Assembly: GCA_050950505.1 (NCBI GenBank)
Contig: JBMNHS010000002.1
Location: 90,007-154,006 of the forward strand
Direction of reading: 5' to 3'
Source: Candidatus Methanomethylophilaceae archaeon
GTDB taxonomy: Archaea; Thermoplasmatota; Thermoplasmata; Methanomassiliicoccales; Methanomethylophilaceae
DNA: 64,000 nucleotides
Positions 1 through 10,213 of this stretch are shown here, piece after piece. Made by a program: the position numbers and the translations under genes. Every line of letters starts with the position of its first letter. Positions within the stretch are counted from its first letter, which is position 1. The notes below the pieces were generated by a model. The model was not told the origin of the DNA. It searched no databases and was given only the letters and a program-made list of their open reading frames with translations.

Positions 1-1794
1 TGCATAAAGAACAGGGTCCGGAAAGAAGTCGAAAGAGGTTGCATAGGTTCGGACCTGAGCTGTCCGTACCACCCGTCACATTTCATCGGGCAGGATTGCA
101 CCTTCTGTTATTGCCCCTTCTACCCCTGCAGGGACCCTTTGCTCGGAAAATCGATAGTTTCCAAGAGAGGCGGAGATATCTGGGATTGTTCCGACTGCCT
201 GTTCATTCACAGAACCGAAGCCGTCGAATTCATCATGAAAGAAATCCGTGACAGAGGTTTCGATAACTGCGATGACGGTGTCATGAAAGAAATTTTGGAA
301 GAAACGAAGAAAAGATTCTGGAGAAAAGGCAAAGCACTGATGGTGCTCGGTGCGACCTCGGATGCCGGAAAATCCATCACCGTGACTGCTTTGTGCAGAA
401 TTTTACAGAGAAAAGGGATGTTGGTGGTCCCTTTCAAATCCCAAAATATGAGTTTGAATTCCAAAGTTACCCGCACCGGTTCGGAGATAGCCATGATTCA
501 GGCGTTGCAGGCACAGGCCGCGGGACTGAAAAACACAAATCATCACATGAATCCTATACTAATGAAGCCAAAGGGCGACACAACCTCCCAGGTAATCGTT
601 CACGGAAAGCCCTTCGGCGATTACGACGTGGAATCCTATTACAGGGAATTTGTTCCCGGCCCCGGCATAAAAGCGGTCAGGGAAAGTCTGGATTTTCTTA
701 AAAATCGGTATGACGCAGTGATTATGGAAGGCGCCGGTTCTCCTGCCGAGATAAACATTTACGATTATGATATTGCCAACATGAAGGCCGCCGAGGCCGC
801 GGATGCGGACTGTATCCTCGTCGTAAACGCCGAATGGGGCGGTTCTTTCGCGTACGCTTTGGGCACCGTCGAACTGATACCGGAAGAAGACAGAAAACGC
901 ATAAAAGGCATCGTCATAAACAACGTTCGGGGAGATCCCGAAAAGATGAAATCCGGAGTGAAGGAACTGGAAGAGCTGACAGGAATACCGGTAATCGGAA
1001 TAATTTCCCACGCAGATGTGAGACTTCCCGCCGAGGATTCGAATTCCTTCAGAATCTCCTGTGAAGCCGGCGACGGAAAGATTACGGTTGCAGTCGTCAA
1101 GTTTCCTAGAATATCGAACTTCTCGGATTTTGACCCTTTGCTGTTGGAAGATGTTTCAATCAGGTTCGTTGAAACCCCTGAAGGATTGGATGACGTCGAC
1201 GCCGTGATACTTCCGGGAACCAAGAACACGATTTCCGATCTGAACTGGATGAAGGACAACGGAATCGCTTTGAAACTGGAGTCGATCAAAGGCAAAATCC
1301 CAATAATGGGAATCTGCGGAGGATACCAGATGATGGGAAAACTCCTTTCGGATCCCGACGGCGTGGAAGGAATCCCTTCCGAAGCCGAAGGATTGGGATT
1401 CTTTGACGACGTCACCGTGTGGAAAAAAGGAACGGATGTTCTCAGACGGGCGGACGGAAAAATACTGTCACGGGGCGGGGACGTGTCCGGATATGAAACA
1501 CACGAGGGAATCACCGAGGTAAAGGAAAATCCGCTGTTCGGATTCAAAACGTTCAACGGGGACTTCATGGAAGGTTCCGTAAGGGAAAACGAGTTGTTGT
1601 TGGGAACCTATCTTCACGGGGTGTTCGATTCCGTCGATTTCAGAAACTATTTCCTTTCGTTCATCGAAAACGCGGGTCAAGGGTCCGGAATCGAGTATTA
1701 CGAATTCTTGGACGAAAATATTGACAGACTCGCGGACGTTTTCGAGAATGCCTTGGACATGGATGCAATCATGAAACTGACGGAGGCGGACTGA
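1..1794 (+). CDS. cobQ: Cobyric acid synthase with fused N-terminal Cys-rich small (zf-like) domain; 5'-partial
   Basis: Frame is open from base 1: CPYHPSHFIGQDCTFCYCPFYPC...WDCSDCLFIH, then GATSDAGKS, PFKSQNMSLNS, EGAGSPAEIN and the GATase motifs GICGGYQM, GYETH, GTYLHG. Confidence 0.93.
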   Translation, partial: CIKNRVRKEVERGCIGSDLSCPYHPSHFIGQDCTFCYCPFYPCRDPLLGKSIVSKRGGDIWDCSDCLFIHRTEAVEFIMKEIRDRGFDNCDDGVMKEILEETKKRFWRKGKALMVLGATSDAGKSITVTALCRILQRKGMLVVPFKSQNMSLNSKVTRTGSEIAMIQALQAQAAGLKNTNHHMNPILMKPKGDTTSQVIVHGKPFGDYDVESYYREFVPGPGIKAVRESLDFLKNRYDAVIMEGAGSPAEINIYDYDIANMKAAEAADADCILVVNAEWGGSFAYALGTVELIPEEDRKRIKGIVINNVRGDPEKMKSGVKELEELTGIPVIGIISHADVRLPAEDSNSFRISCEAGDGKITVAVVKFPRISNFSDFDPLLLEDVSIRFVETPEGLDDVDAVILPGTKNTISDLNWMKDNGIALKLESIKGKIPIMGICGGYQMMGKLLSDPDGVEGIPSEAEGLGFFDDVTVWKKGTDVLRRADGKILSRGGDVSGYETHEGITEVKENPLFGFKTFNGDFMEGSVRENELLLGTYLHGVFDSVDFRNYFLSFIENAGQGSGIEYYEFLDENIDRLADVFENALDMDAIMKLTEAD

Positions 1795-2607
1795 ATGAAA
1801 ATAATGTTTTTGGGAACGGCGTCGGGAGCCGGCAAAACAACGGTTTCCGCAATGTACTGCCGTTATTTGGCCAGGAACGGAGTGTCCGTCGCTCCTTTCA
1901 AAGCTTCAAACTTATCTTTGCGCTCAAAGGAAGTCGCAGGGGGACGCATCGGGATAGGTCAGGCCCTCCAGGCCGAAGCAGCGGGAATCGAACCCACTGC
2001 GGATATGAATCCCGTGTTGTTGGAACCTGTCGGAAAAGGTTCGATCAGGATGTATCTGAACGGCAGTCCTCATTCGGAGATGGATGATAAAAATTACATG
2101 GAAGCCGAATACATTCTTGAGGAAGCCTGCCTGGCTTTCGACAGGTTGTCCGAAAAATATGAAGCAATCGTATGCGAAGGTTCCGGATCCCCTGCCGAAA
2201 TAAACATGAAAAACAGGGACATCGCAAACAAGGGAATGATAAGATCCAGAAACATTCCCGCGGTGCTTGTGGGGGATATCGAAAGAGGCGGCGTGTTCGC
2301 CGCACTGTACGGAACCTGGAAACTTATGCCGGACGACATCAGGAAATGTTTAAAGGGATTCGTAATCAATCGTTTCCGCGGCGACGTTTCAATATTGGAC
2401 AGCGGCATCCGAAAGATAGAAGAGATGACCGGAATGAAGTTTCTGGGACTGCTGCCTTATATGAAATTGGAACTCCCGGAGGAAGATTCCCCGTCCTGCG
2501 ATGACGGAACCGTGGCGGACATAACCGAATCTTTGGATGAGATGATCGGCAAAGCCGAGGAATCCGGATTTGATTTTGACGGTCTCAACAGAATTGCGAA
2601 AAGCTGA
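1795..2607 (+). CDS. CobQ-like protein, synthetase (P-loop) domain only, no glutaminase domain
   Basis: GTASGAGKT, PFKASN, MNPVLL, EGSGSPAEIN, DIERGGVFA, NRFRGD; ends shortly after LPEEDS; ATG directly follows the cobQ TGA. Confidence 0.85.
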   Translation: MKIMFLGTASGAGKTTVSAMYCRYLARNGVSVAPFKASNLSLRSKEVAGGRIGIGQALQAEAAGIEPTADMNPVLLEPVGKGSIRMYLNGSPHSEMDDKNYMEAEYILEEACLAFDRLSEKYEAIVCEGSGSPAEINMKNRDIANKGMIRSRNIPAVLVGDIERGGVFAALYGTWKLMPDDIRKCLKGFVINRFRGDVSILDSGIRKIEEMTGMKFLGLLPYMKLELPEEDSPSCDDGTVADITESLDEMIGKAEESGFDFDGLNRIAKS

Positions 2608-2624
2608 TTATCCGCCGGAAGCAA
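2497..2624 (+). repeat. Direct repeat copy 1 (128 bp): 3' end of cobQ-like gene plus 3' tip of SAMP gene
   Basis: Matches 6324-6451 at 124/128 positions by manual alignment. Confidence 0.95.
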
Positions 2625-2676
2625 TCCCCCTTACAGATTTTCTGTTCCTGAGAGTTCTGATTCTCACGGTTTCTCC
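2608..2676 (-). pseudogene. Internally deleted remnant of the ubiquitin-like (SAMP/ThiS) gene
   Basis: Minus strand reads ETVRIRTLRNRKSV-RGIASGG* versus intact ETVSVRIVMNGKSA...RVASGG*; nucleotide similarity is visible at both ends. Confidence 0.75.
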
Positions 2677-2691
2677 GTCATTCGGATTTTT

Positions 2692-5600
2692 TCATAAACG
2701 CAATCTTCTGATTCCGATCAGCAACGGAACAACCAGCACTACTCCCGCGGCCGCCATCTTGAATTCATATGTGTTCAACCGAGCGGTCCAAGGTTCTTTC
2801 TGCAGGGCACCGCTTACCGTCACGTCCTCGGTAACATTGATAATCAGAATATTTCCGTTGGCAGTTCCGGTGCCCGTATTGTGCCATTGGAACAGTTCTT
2901 CTCCGTCAGGCATCGCCTGCACAGTTAAATCGGAACCGTGGGGAACCGATATATAGTACGATTCTCCGGGACCCGCGATGAATTCCACGGGATCGTTTTC
3001 GTTCAAGACATATACGAACGACGTTTTATCATCAGATTTCACAGTCACAGTGTATACGTTGGCCACAATACCATCAACGGTGATTTCGATGTCTTCGATA
3101 ATGTTCAGCAGTATCATGGAAACCGTGTCTCCGTTGCTTACCGTGGCGATTTCCGTACCGTTCATCAGGATTACGGGTACGGATTCGCTGTATCCTTCCT
3201 TCAGTGAAAATACAAATGCGAAGGATCCCTTATGATTAACAGGCGAAGAGTAACCTTCTGCGGGGACGAGAGTGTATCCGTCTCCGGGTACCAGGACGAC
3301 ATTGTGAGTCATTATCTCAAAGATTACCTCAAAGGTGTGATCGGCGGTGATGTTGAGGAACGTATAGGTTCCTCTGCCGTCCTCATCAATGTTGAAATCG
3401 ACGGAAATACCGTCAGCCAATACTTCACAGATGCAATGCCCTTCGTCAGTCCAGAATGTGAATGTAGCATTGTTTCCGTGTTCAACAACGAAATCACTGT
3501 CAGGGCTTACAGATCCTTCTCCGGACCAATCGACGGTCATCTCATATGTGATTTTCGTGAAAGTCACAAAAATGTCATGGTCGGATTCGACCGAAGATAT
3601 AGTGTAAGTCCAAACTCCTGCGTCCGTTTCAACGGCCGATGCAAACACGTTCACATCGTTATCCGTAAGGGCATCAAGAGTGTATCCTTCGTTCGATGTT
3701 ATGGTTATGGTAACGTCGTCTCCGTATGACGGTTCGTAATCATCGGCTGTGATGCTTCCGTTGCCGGGATTGTTGACGGATATCACGTAATATGCTTCGA
3801 ATTCCACATGTATTGTGTGCGATTCTTCGACCTTCAGGAATGTGTAAGTTCCTATGCCGTCATCATCCACATCATAATCGACGGAAACACCGTCCACTTT
3901 TACATCTTTTATGCGGTATCCTGCATTGGCTTGGAAGGAAAAGATCACTCCGTCGTAAGGTACCTGGGTGTCGGTGGGATCAATATGACCGCCGAATCCG
4001 GCGGATGAGGTTATTGTGTTCAGGAATGCAGGCGACCACTTGGCATACAATGTGAAATCGGAAGTCACGGGCGTTGAAAAATCGTAGGCATTGTTAAAAC
4101 CAGAGTCTAAGAACCATCCTTCGAAGATGTATCCGTAACGGGAAAAGTCTGCAGGCTCCGTCGGTTCTGTTAGTATGCCTCCGTCGAAAACTCTCCCGTC
4201 CGGAACCGGTTCATCACTCTTAGCATTGAACGACACCGTGTGTTTAAGTGCAAGCCACTTGCCTGTTGTTGCGTCGTAAGTGTATTTTTTGACGGCTCTG
4301 TCACTACCCGTCAATTCGGGTCCGTCGGGATCGTAGAACGACCCTCCCGTGGTTTCCGTGGCGTTTTCAGTGAATGTTATGGTTCTGCCCGTCCCACCTT
4401 CTATGGTCAAAATTGACAAATCAAAAGCGTCTATTACCAAGTCTGTCACTTCTCTGTTTTGCCCCGGTAATTTCCAATTGAAAGAAGTTCCGAGTATTGT
4501 GGATGTCGGATTTTCTTTAGCATGAGTTATCGTCAGAGTTCGGATCGGACATGAGTTGAAAACAGCGGTGCCAAAGTCAGTAACGGAATTAGGGATTGTT
4601 ATCGATGACAGATTGGAACAACTGGTGAATACACCGTCACCGATTGTTGTTACAGAATCCGGAATTATTATTGATGTAAGACCGGAGCAGCTAGCAAATG
4701 CATACTTATTGATTGTTGTCACAGAATCCGGAATTGTTATTGATGACAGGCGGGAACAATTATAGAACGCATAATTGTTAATTACAGTCACGGAATCCGG
4801 AATTGTTATTGATGCCAGGAGGGAACAATTATAGAATAAATTAGTTTCTAGCTTATTCAAAGATGGTGATTCTCCGAATTCAATCGATGTCAATCCGCTG
4901 CATCCTGAAAATGTATCACTACCGATTGTTGTCACGGAATCCGGAATTGTTATCGATGACAGGCTGGAGCAGTCCTTAAATGCAGAAATGCCTATGGTTT
5001 TCAGTTTCGATGTTTCAAACAAAACATCGGTCAATTCGACACATCCAAGGAATGCATTTCTATTGATGTCTGTCACAGAATCCGGAATTGTTATTAATGA
5101 CAGGCTGGAGCAGTCCTTAAATGCTTCATTACTTATGATTTTTAGGGAAGACGTTTTCTCAAACACTACCTCCGTCAGGCTCTTGCAATTTTGGAATAAC
5201 TGGGAGCCGATGGTTTCCACGGAGTTCGGAATTACTATTGATATGAGGCCGGTATTTTCAAACACATTTCTACTTATGGATGTTACCGAATTCGGAATCG
5301 TAATGGATTTGAGGCTCGAACAGTTTTTGAAAGCTTCACTTGGTAGTTCTTTCAAAAGAGAATGCTCCCCGAAGAGGACTGTGTCCAACGTGATACAGTT
5401 CGTGAACGCATTGGCATTAATTTTATTTACTGAATCCGGAATTGTAATGGATCCGAGGCTCGAACAGCTTTCAAACGAATTATTCCCGATAGTCTTAATC
5501 GAATTCGGAAGCGTTATTGAATCCAGGGCAGTGCAGCCGGAGAACGTATACTCTCGGATGGTTTCCAAAGAAGATGCGGCATCAAACGTTACTGTTGTCA

Positions 5601-5958
5601 ACACTGTGCAATTCTGAAATGCGTTCTTTTCGATAGTCGTAACTTTGCTACCGATGATTAATGATGTCACATTTGAGTTGTTTTTAAAGGCCGATTCATC
5701 AATTTTGGTCACATTATACGTTATGCTGTTTGATGTGACGGTTGCCGGAATCGTGATTTCGTCCTGATATTCGCCGGAAATCACGGTTGCTTCACCGTTT
5801 TTCGGAACATTCAAATCATAAATTATCCCGTCAACTTCCACGCCGGAAGGCGCACCTTCCGACAAAGGTACCAATGAAAAACCAGCTGCAATCAGTAACA
5901 GCAAAGCGAATGTCGCCATCACTGTTCTCTTTCCCTTGAAATCACTTCGTGCTTTCAT
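2692..5958 (-). CDS. BspA-type leucine-rich-repeat surface protein/adhesin with InlB B-repeat-like domains and C-terminal TM anchor
   Basis: Signal peptide; many LxSITIPDSVTTIGxxAFxxC repeats; YIFEGWF...YDFSTPVTSDFTLYAKW; repeated GYxIxxVxVDG beta domains; hydrophobic C-terminus followed by RRLR. Confidence 0.93.
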   Translation of the reverse strand: MKARSDFKGKRTVMATFALLLLIAAGFSLVPLSEGAPSGVEVDGIIYDLNVPKNGEATVISGEYQDEITIPATVTSNSITYNVTKIDESAFKNNSNVTSLIIGSKVTTIEKNAFQNCTVLTTVTFDAASSLETIREYTFSGCTALDSITLPNSIKTIGNNSFESCSSLGSITIPDSVNKINANAFTNCITLDTVLFGEHSLLKELPSEAFKNCSSLKSITIPNSVTSISRNVFENTGLISIVIPNSVETIGSQLFQNCKSLTEVVFEKTSSLKIISNEAFKDCSSLSLITIPDSVTDINRNAFLGCVELTDVLFETSKLKTIGISAFKDCSSLSSITIPDSVTTIGSDTFSGCSGLTSIEFGESPSLNKLETNLFYNCSLLASITIPDSVTVINNYAFYNCSRLSSITIPDSVTTINKYAFASCSGLTSIIIPDSVTTIGDGVFTSCSNLSSITIPNSVTDFGTAVFNSCPIRTLTITHAKENPTSTILGTSFNWKLPGQNREVTDLVIDAFDLSILTIEGGTGRTITFTENATETTGGSFYDPDGPELTGSDRAVKKYTYDATTGKWLALKHTVSFNAKSDEPVPDGRVFDGGILTEPTEPADFSRYGYIFEGWFLDSGFNNAYDFSTPVTSDFTLYAKWSPAFLNTITSSAGFGGHIDPTDTQVPYDGVIFSFQANAGYRIKDVKVDGVSVDYDVDDDGIGTYTFLKVEESHTIHVEFEAYYVISVNNPGNGSITADDYEPSYGDDVTITITSNEGYTLDALTDNDVNVFASAVETDAGVWTYTISSVESDHDIFVTFTKITYEMTVDWSGEGSVSPDSDFVVEHGNNATFTFWTDEGHCICEVLADGISVDFNIDEDGRGTYTFLNITADHTFEVIFEIMTHNVVLVPGDGYTLVPAEGYSSPVNHKGSFAFVFSLKEGYSESVPVILMNGTEIATVSNGDTVSMILLNIIEDIEITVDGIVANVYTVTVKSDDKTSFVYVLNENDPVEFIAGPGESYYISVPHGSDLTVQAMPDGEELFQWHNTGTGTANGNILIINVTEDVTVSGALQKEPWTARLNTYEFKMAAAGVVLVVPLLIGIRRLRL

Positions 5959-6323
5959 ATTCCATCACCCCGTCGGTACACTTTGCCCATCATCTCGTTT
6001 AATTATGTCGACCAATGAAGTATCATCAAAATAGGCTCTATAAAATGATTTTTCGAAAATTGGGCATAATGTGTTCCTTTAGGATATTCAGGTATGTGAC
6101 ACGGTCTTCGATATTAAACAAAAACCGAAGATTTCATCAAATATCCACAATCGGCAAATCATAAAAAATCAAGTTATGCTCAATACATATCCGATTGATT
6201 TTCTCCGTGATTCAAAAACAGTACATGAGAAAAGACTCAAGAACACGATTTCGGGTCTGAACTGAATAAGTGCAACGGAGTCGCTTCGAAACCTGGGTCA
6301 ATCAAAGACAAAATTTACCATTT

Positions 6324-6451
6324 TGCGACAACGGAACCGTGGCGGACATAACCGAATCTTTGGATGAGATGATCGGCAAAGTCGAGGAATCAGGATTTGA
6401 TTTTGACGGTCTCAACAGAATTGCGAAAAGCTGATTATCCGCCGGAAGCAA
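6324..6451 (+). repeat. Direct repeat copy 2 (orphan 3' fragment of cobQ-like gene)
   Basis: Near-identical to 2497-2624, offset 3827 bp. Confidence 0.95.
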
Positions 6452-6629
6452 CTCTCATCGCCGTAATTTCCATCCCTTCTTTCAAAACCGTGTCTGAAGG
6501 TATAGGTACGTCGTTTACCAAATACAGGTAGGCATTGGGACGGATGTCCAGAGAACGCAGAGCATCGGCTATCGTGCCGGATGCTTCAACTTCTGCGGAT
6601 TTTCCGTTCATGACTATTCTGACGCTCAC
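6435..6629 (-). CDS. ThiS/MoaD/SAMP ubiquitin-like sulfur carrier or modifier (64 aa; GTG start inferred)
   Basis: Beta-grasp size, VNDVPIP...LKEGMEI, C-terminal VASGG. Confidence 0.85.
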   Translation of the reverse strand: MSVRIVMNGKSAEVEASGTIADALRSLDIRPNAYLYLVNDVPIPSDTVLKEGMEITAMRVASGG

Positions 6630-6672
6630 AGTTTCTCTTATACAGACTCTTTGTTGATATTGTTTGTGCCGG

Positions 6673-6908
6673 TTCACCGTTTTTCGGAACATTCAAATCA
6701 TAAATTATTCCGTCAACTTCCACGCCGTAAGGCGCACCTTCCGACGAGGGTACCAATGAAAAATCAAAATAGGTCTCTATAAAACGATTTTTCGAAAATT
6801 GGGCACAATACGTCCTTTCAATATCTTCGGGTATTTGACACGGTCTTCGATATTAAACAAAAACCGAAGATTTCATCAAATATCCGCAATCGATCAATCG
6901 TAAAAAAT
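6673..6908 (-). pseudogene. Remnant copy of bspA 5' coding region and upstream region
   Basis: 6673-6763 matches 5791-5881 and about 6763-6908 matches about 6025-6169; the start-codon segment is deleted. Confidence 0.9.
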
Positions 6909-6995
6909 GTCCAATATTCCGTAAGATACGGGTTTCGGTGTATTTTTTATAGGATTGCGGTTGTATGGTTTTACGCACAGAGGCTGTGGCAATCA

Positions 6996-7607
6996 ATGAA
7001 CCAAAGCAGGCTGGATGATTATTTTAACGAGGAAATATACGTCCTTGACACGGAAACCACGGGTCTGAAAGGCGCTCCGAAAGATGTAATCGTCGACATA
7101 GCGATATGCAAAGCGGATCTTCACGAAGGCACGGTGGAGCCGGTGTATTCTTCGGTGGTGGGTCATGACACGTCGGAATGGGACGAATACAGACGCACCG
7201 CCTGGATTTTCGAAAACACGGACATGACCCTCGAGATGGTTGAATCTGCCCCCCCTTTCGAACAGGTCCGTTCCGAAGTATCCGATATCCTCCGCGGGAA
7301 ATCCGTGACGTCGTACAACACGGGTTACGACATGGACAAGTTCCTCTATCCCGAACCTTGGAATTTCAAAGATCTGTTCAGACTGCGCAGGGACATCATG
7401 GAAGCCGCAATGTATGTCTGCAAATTACCCAGCGAATACTATCGTATGAAATACAGATTTCCCAAACTGGAACACGCTTATTCCGTCATAACCGAAAACG
7501 ACCCCGCCGGCATCCACGGAGTTCAGGACCACAGGGCGCTGTCAGACGCCATCGTAGCCTCCCATCTCATGATACAGATGTACCGCGACGGTACTTATTC
7601 TCCCTGA
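6996..7607 (+). CDS. DEDDh 3'-5' exonuclease (DnaQ-like)
   Basis: LDTETTGL, YNTGYD, HRALSDA. Confidence 0.9.
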   Translation: MNQSRLDDYFNEEIYVLDTETTGLKGAPKDVIVDIAICKADLHEGTVEPVYSSVVGHDTSEWDEYRRTAWIFENTDMTLEMVESAPPFEQVRSEVSDILRGKSVTSYNTGYDMDKFLYPEPWNFKDLFRLRRDIMEAAMYVCKLPSEYYRMKYRFPKLEHAYSVITENDPAGIHGVQDHRALSDAIVASHLMIQMYRDGTYSP

Positions 7608-10213
7608 GCCTCGACGGCATCCCCGTCTTCTTCCATGCTCTTGCGGACTTCTTCCTTAAGTCTTTTGTCGAACCATCTTTCGGTGTGGTCCGAAACGAAT
7701 TTGAAATATCCTCCGCGCAACACCTTCCGGGTGGTAAAGAACCACACCACGGTCAGAAGTATGATGGGTATGTAGTAAACCGCAGGGAACACCGCGGTCC
7801 ACAGGAACGTTATTACCAACGCTTTCGCAAAAGGAACGAAGAATATGAAACAGAAGAGAATCAGCATCAGTATAACCAACCCCGTGGGTCTGAAATCCTT
7901 CACGACTTTTCCGTCGACGGAGAAGACTTTGTGGATGGGCTGAACCATCAGCAGATTCAGTATTCCCGCCAGCACTATGAAGAAGAACATGGCGTTGCGG
8001 GCGTTGATTTCGGCAATTCCCGTTTCGAAAATGATGCTGTCAATTCCGCTGCCTCTCATATGCAGCACAAACAGGTCTTCGTAAAGAAGTCCCGCGGATG
8101 CGGCCATTCCGTGATAGTCTATGTTGATCAAATCCCCGGTTCCCAGATAGAATATGATGTACACCAGGATTCCGAATATCCCCGTCGTCAATGCCGTCGG
8201 TATCGTGAACCTTATGACTCCCGGCAGAATACGGTCTTTGTTCACGTCGGGTTTCGCCCAAACGGTCATAAGGAACGCGGCCACGGACACGGTCATAAGG
8301 GCGTAAACGGTATTCTGGATGGGTTGCAAAGTCACACCGTGCAACATCAGCATGGTGAACAGAATCAGAGTGACCAGAGTAAAGTTCCTGGCCAGGTATA
8401 TTTTGAGGATGTCCCTCATTCCGGTAACGGTTCTTCTGCCCTCCCTCAGGGCTTTGGGCAGAGCGGAGAAATCGTCGTTGACCAACACCATGTCCGCCGC
8501 GCCTCTCGTCGCGCCGGATCCGCTTTCCAAGGAAATTCCCACCTGTGCGGATTTGATGGCTTTTACGTCGTTCACACCGTCTCCCACCATGGCCACGTAA
8601 CGGTTGTTGATCTTCAGCGTGTCGATGATGGTTTCTTTGTGATCCGGCCTCATTCTTCCGAATATGTTGTAATTGAGAATTACTTCCGTTTTCTTTTTCT
8701 CGTCGAGTTTGTCAAGTTCATCCCCGGAAATGATTTTTCTTTCCCCGGGAATTTCAGCCATGTCAAAGAGAGAATTGACGGTATCCGGATCGTCCCCGGA
8801 AATGACTTTGATGTCTATGTTGTTCTCCATGAACACTTCCATGGTTTCCCTGCAGTCGGGACGGAGTTCGTCCGCAATCGCAATGACGCAGACAACGACC
8901 AGTTCCCCGGTTATTTTGTAATCTTCGTCAAATCTGTGAGTTCCCAGACTCTTGCACAGGACGATGGTCCTCAGACCTTTTTTTGACATGGATTTGACAA
9001 TTCGGGTAACGTAACCCGGATCGTTCACATATTCTCTGAGAACATCCCACGCCCCGAGGTAAAGAGCGGTTTCCTTTTTGTCCTTCTCCACCCTGACGGC
9101 GCTGAATTTTCTCTGAGATGAAAATTGGACTTCCTCTATCAGGTTGCTTTTCTCGGAGCCGTATTTGTAATCCAGAACTTCGATGGTGCGGTTCCGGCTT
9201 CCGGTGGCCCCCACGAACAGGCGCATCAGGTCTTTCGCTTCGTCTTCGTCGATGAAATACACCGCATCCTCAAAGAGAAGGCGGTTGCTTGTTATGGTTC
9301 CGGTTTTGTCCATGCAGACGGTATCGACATGGCTCATGGATTCCACGGAATTCGATCTCTGGAGAAGCACTCCCGAGTCCGCCATCCGAATGGCGGCTAT
9401 CATGTACGTAAGGGTGACCAACAGGAACAGGGCCATGGGGACGATGTCCAGAATGACCGCCGCAGCCTTGACCTCCTGGAGGAATGTGGTGAACGTGCCC
9501 AGCATCAGTTTGGACACAAAATACAGAAGAAGCATGACCGCGGCAAAGGAAATCAGCAATTTCGTGACCGCGGCGGTTTCCATCTGCAACGGGGTTTTCT
9601 TCCGTTTGTATTTTCTGGCGCTGACCAGCATGTTGGATGCGTAGGTGTCGCCGCCGAGGGCGGTGGTTCTGAACAACGCTTCGCCGGTGACACAGAAGGA
9701 ACCGGAGTAAACCAATTCCCCTTCTATTTTCCTTACCGAACTGGATTCCCCGGTAAGAGCGGCCTCGTCCATTTCCAGTGACCGGAGATACAATATCTTG
9801 CCGTCGACCAGAACCTGGTCCCCGGCGGTTATCCGGATGATGTCGTCCATGACGATTTCCGACTGATCTATTTCCAGTTCTTTTCCCTCTCTTATCACGG
9901 TCACTTTCGGTCTCAGGGTTATGGCTATTTTGTCCAATCTCCGTTTAGCCTTGATTTCCTGTACAGTCGAGACCATGATGTTGAGGACTATTATTCCGGT
10001 TGCCGACAGGGCGCTGTAAAGATCGCCGGCAAGATACAGCAATATGCCGACAACCATGAAAACCAGATAGAACCAATTGAGAAAATTATCTATGAATATG
10101 TCTTTGTAACTGCGGCTTACGGACGACTCGACCGTGTTCACGAGGCCCTTGGCCCTGCGCTCGGCGACCTCGTTTGCACTAAGCCCGCTAATATTCACAG
10201 AGTCAGAATTCAT
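7595..10213 (-). CDS. Cation-transporting P-type ATPase (CtpE-like)
   Basis: LTGES, DKTGT, ISGDD, MVGDGVND; ATG at 10213 overlaps the end of the upstream gene. Confidence 0.92.
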   Translation of the reverse strand: MNSDSVNISGLSANEVAERRAKGLVNTVESSVSRSYKDIFIDNFLNWFYLVFMVVGILLYLAGDLYSALSATGIIVLNIMVSTVQEIKAKRRLDKIAITLRPKVTVIREGKELEIDQSEIVMDDIIRITAGDQVLVDGKILYLRSLEMDEAALTGESSSVRKIEGELVYSGSFCVTGEALFRTTALGGDTYASNMLVSARKYKRKKTPLQMETAAVTKLLISFAAVMLLLYFVSKLMLGTFTTFLQEVKAAAVILDIVPMALFLLVTLTYMIAAIRMADSGVLLQRSNSVESMSHVDTVCMDKTGTITSNRLLFEDAVYFIDEDEAKDLMRLFVGATGSRNRTIEVLDYKYGSEKSNLIEEVQFSSQRKFSAVRVEKDKKETALYLGAWDVLREYVNDPGYVTRIVKSMSKKGLRTIVLCKSLGTHRFDEDYKITGELVVVCVIAIADELRPDCRETMEVFMENNIDIKVISGDDPDTVNSLFDMAEIPGERKIISGDELDKLDEKKKTEVILNYNIFGRMRPDHKETIIDTLKINNRYVAMVGDGVNDVKAIKSAQVGISLESGSGATRGAADMVLVNDDFSALPKALREGRRTVTGMRDILKIYLARNFTLVTLILFTMLMLHGVTLQPIQNTVYALMTVSVAAFLMTVWAKPDVNKDRILPGVIRFTIPTALTTGIFGILVYIIFYLGTGDLINIDYHGMAASAGLLYEDLFVLHMRGSGIDSIIFETGIAEINARNAMFFFIVLAGILNLLMVQPIHKVFSVDGKVVKDFRPTGLVILMLILFCFIFFVPFAKALVITFLWTAVFPAVYYIPIILLTVVWFFTTRKVLRGGYFKFVSDHTERWFDKRLKEEVRKSMEEDGDAVEAQGE

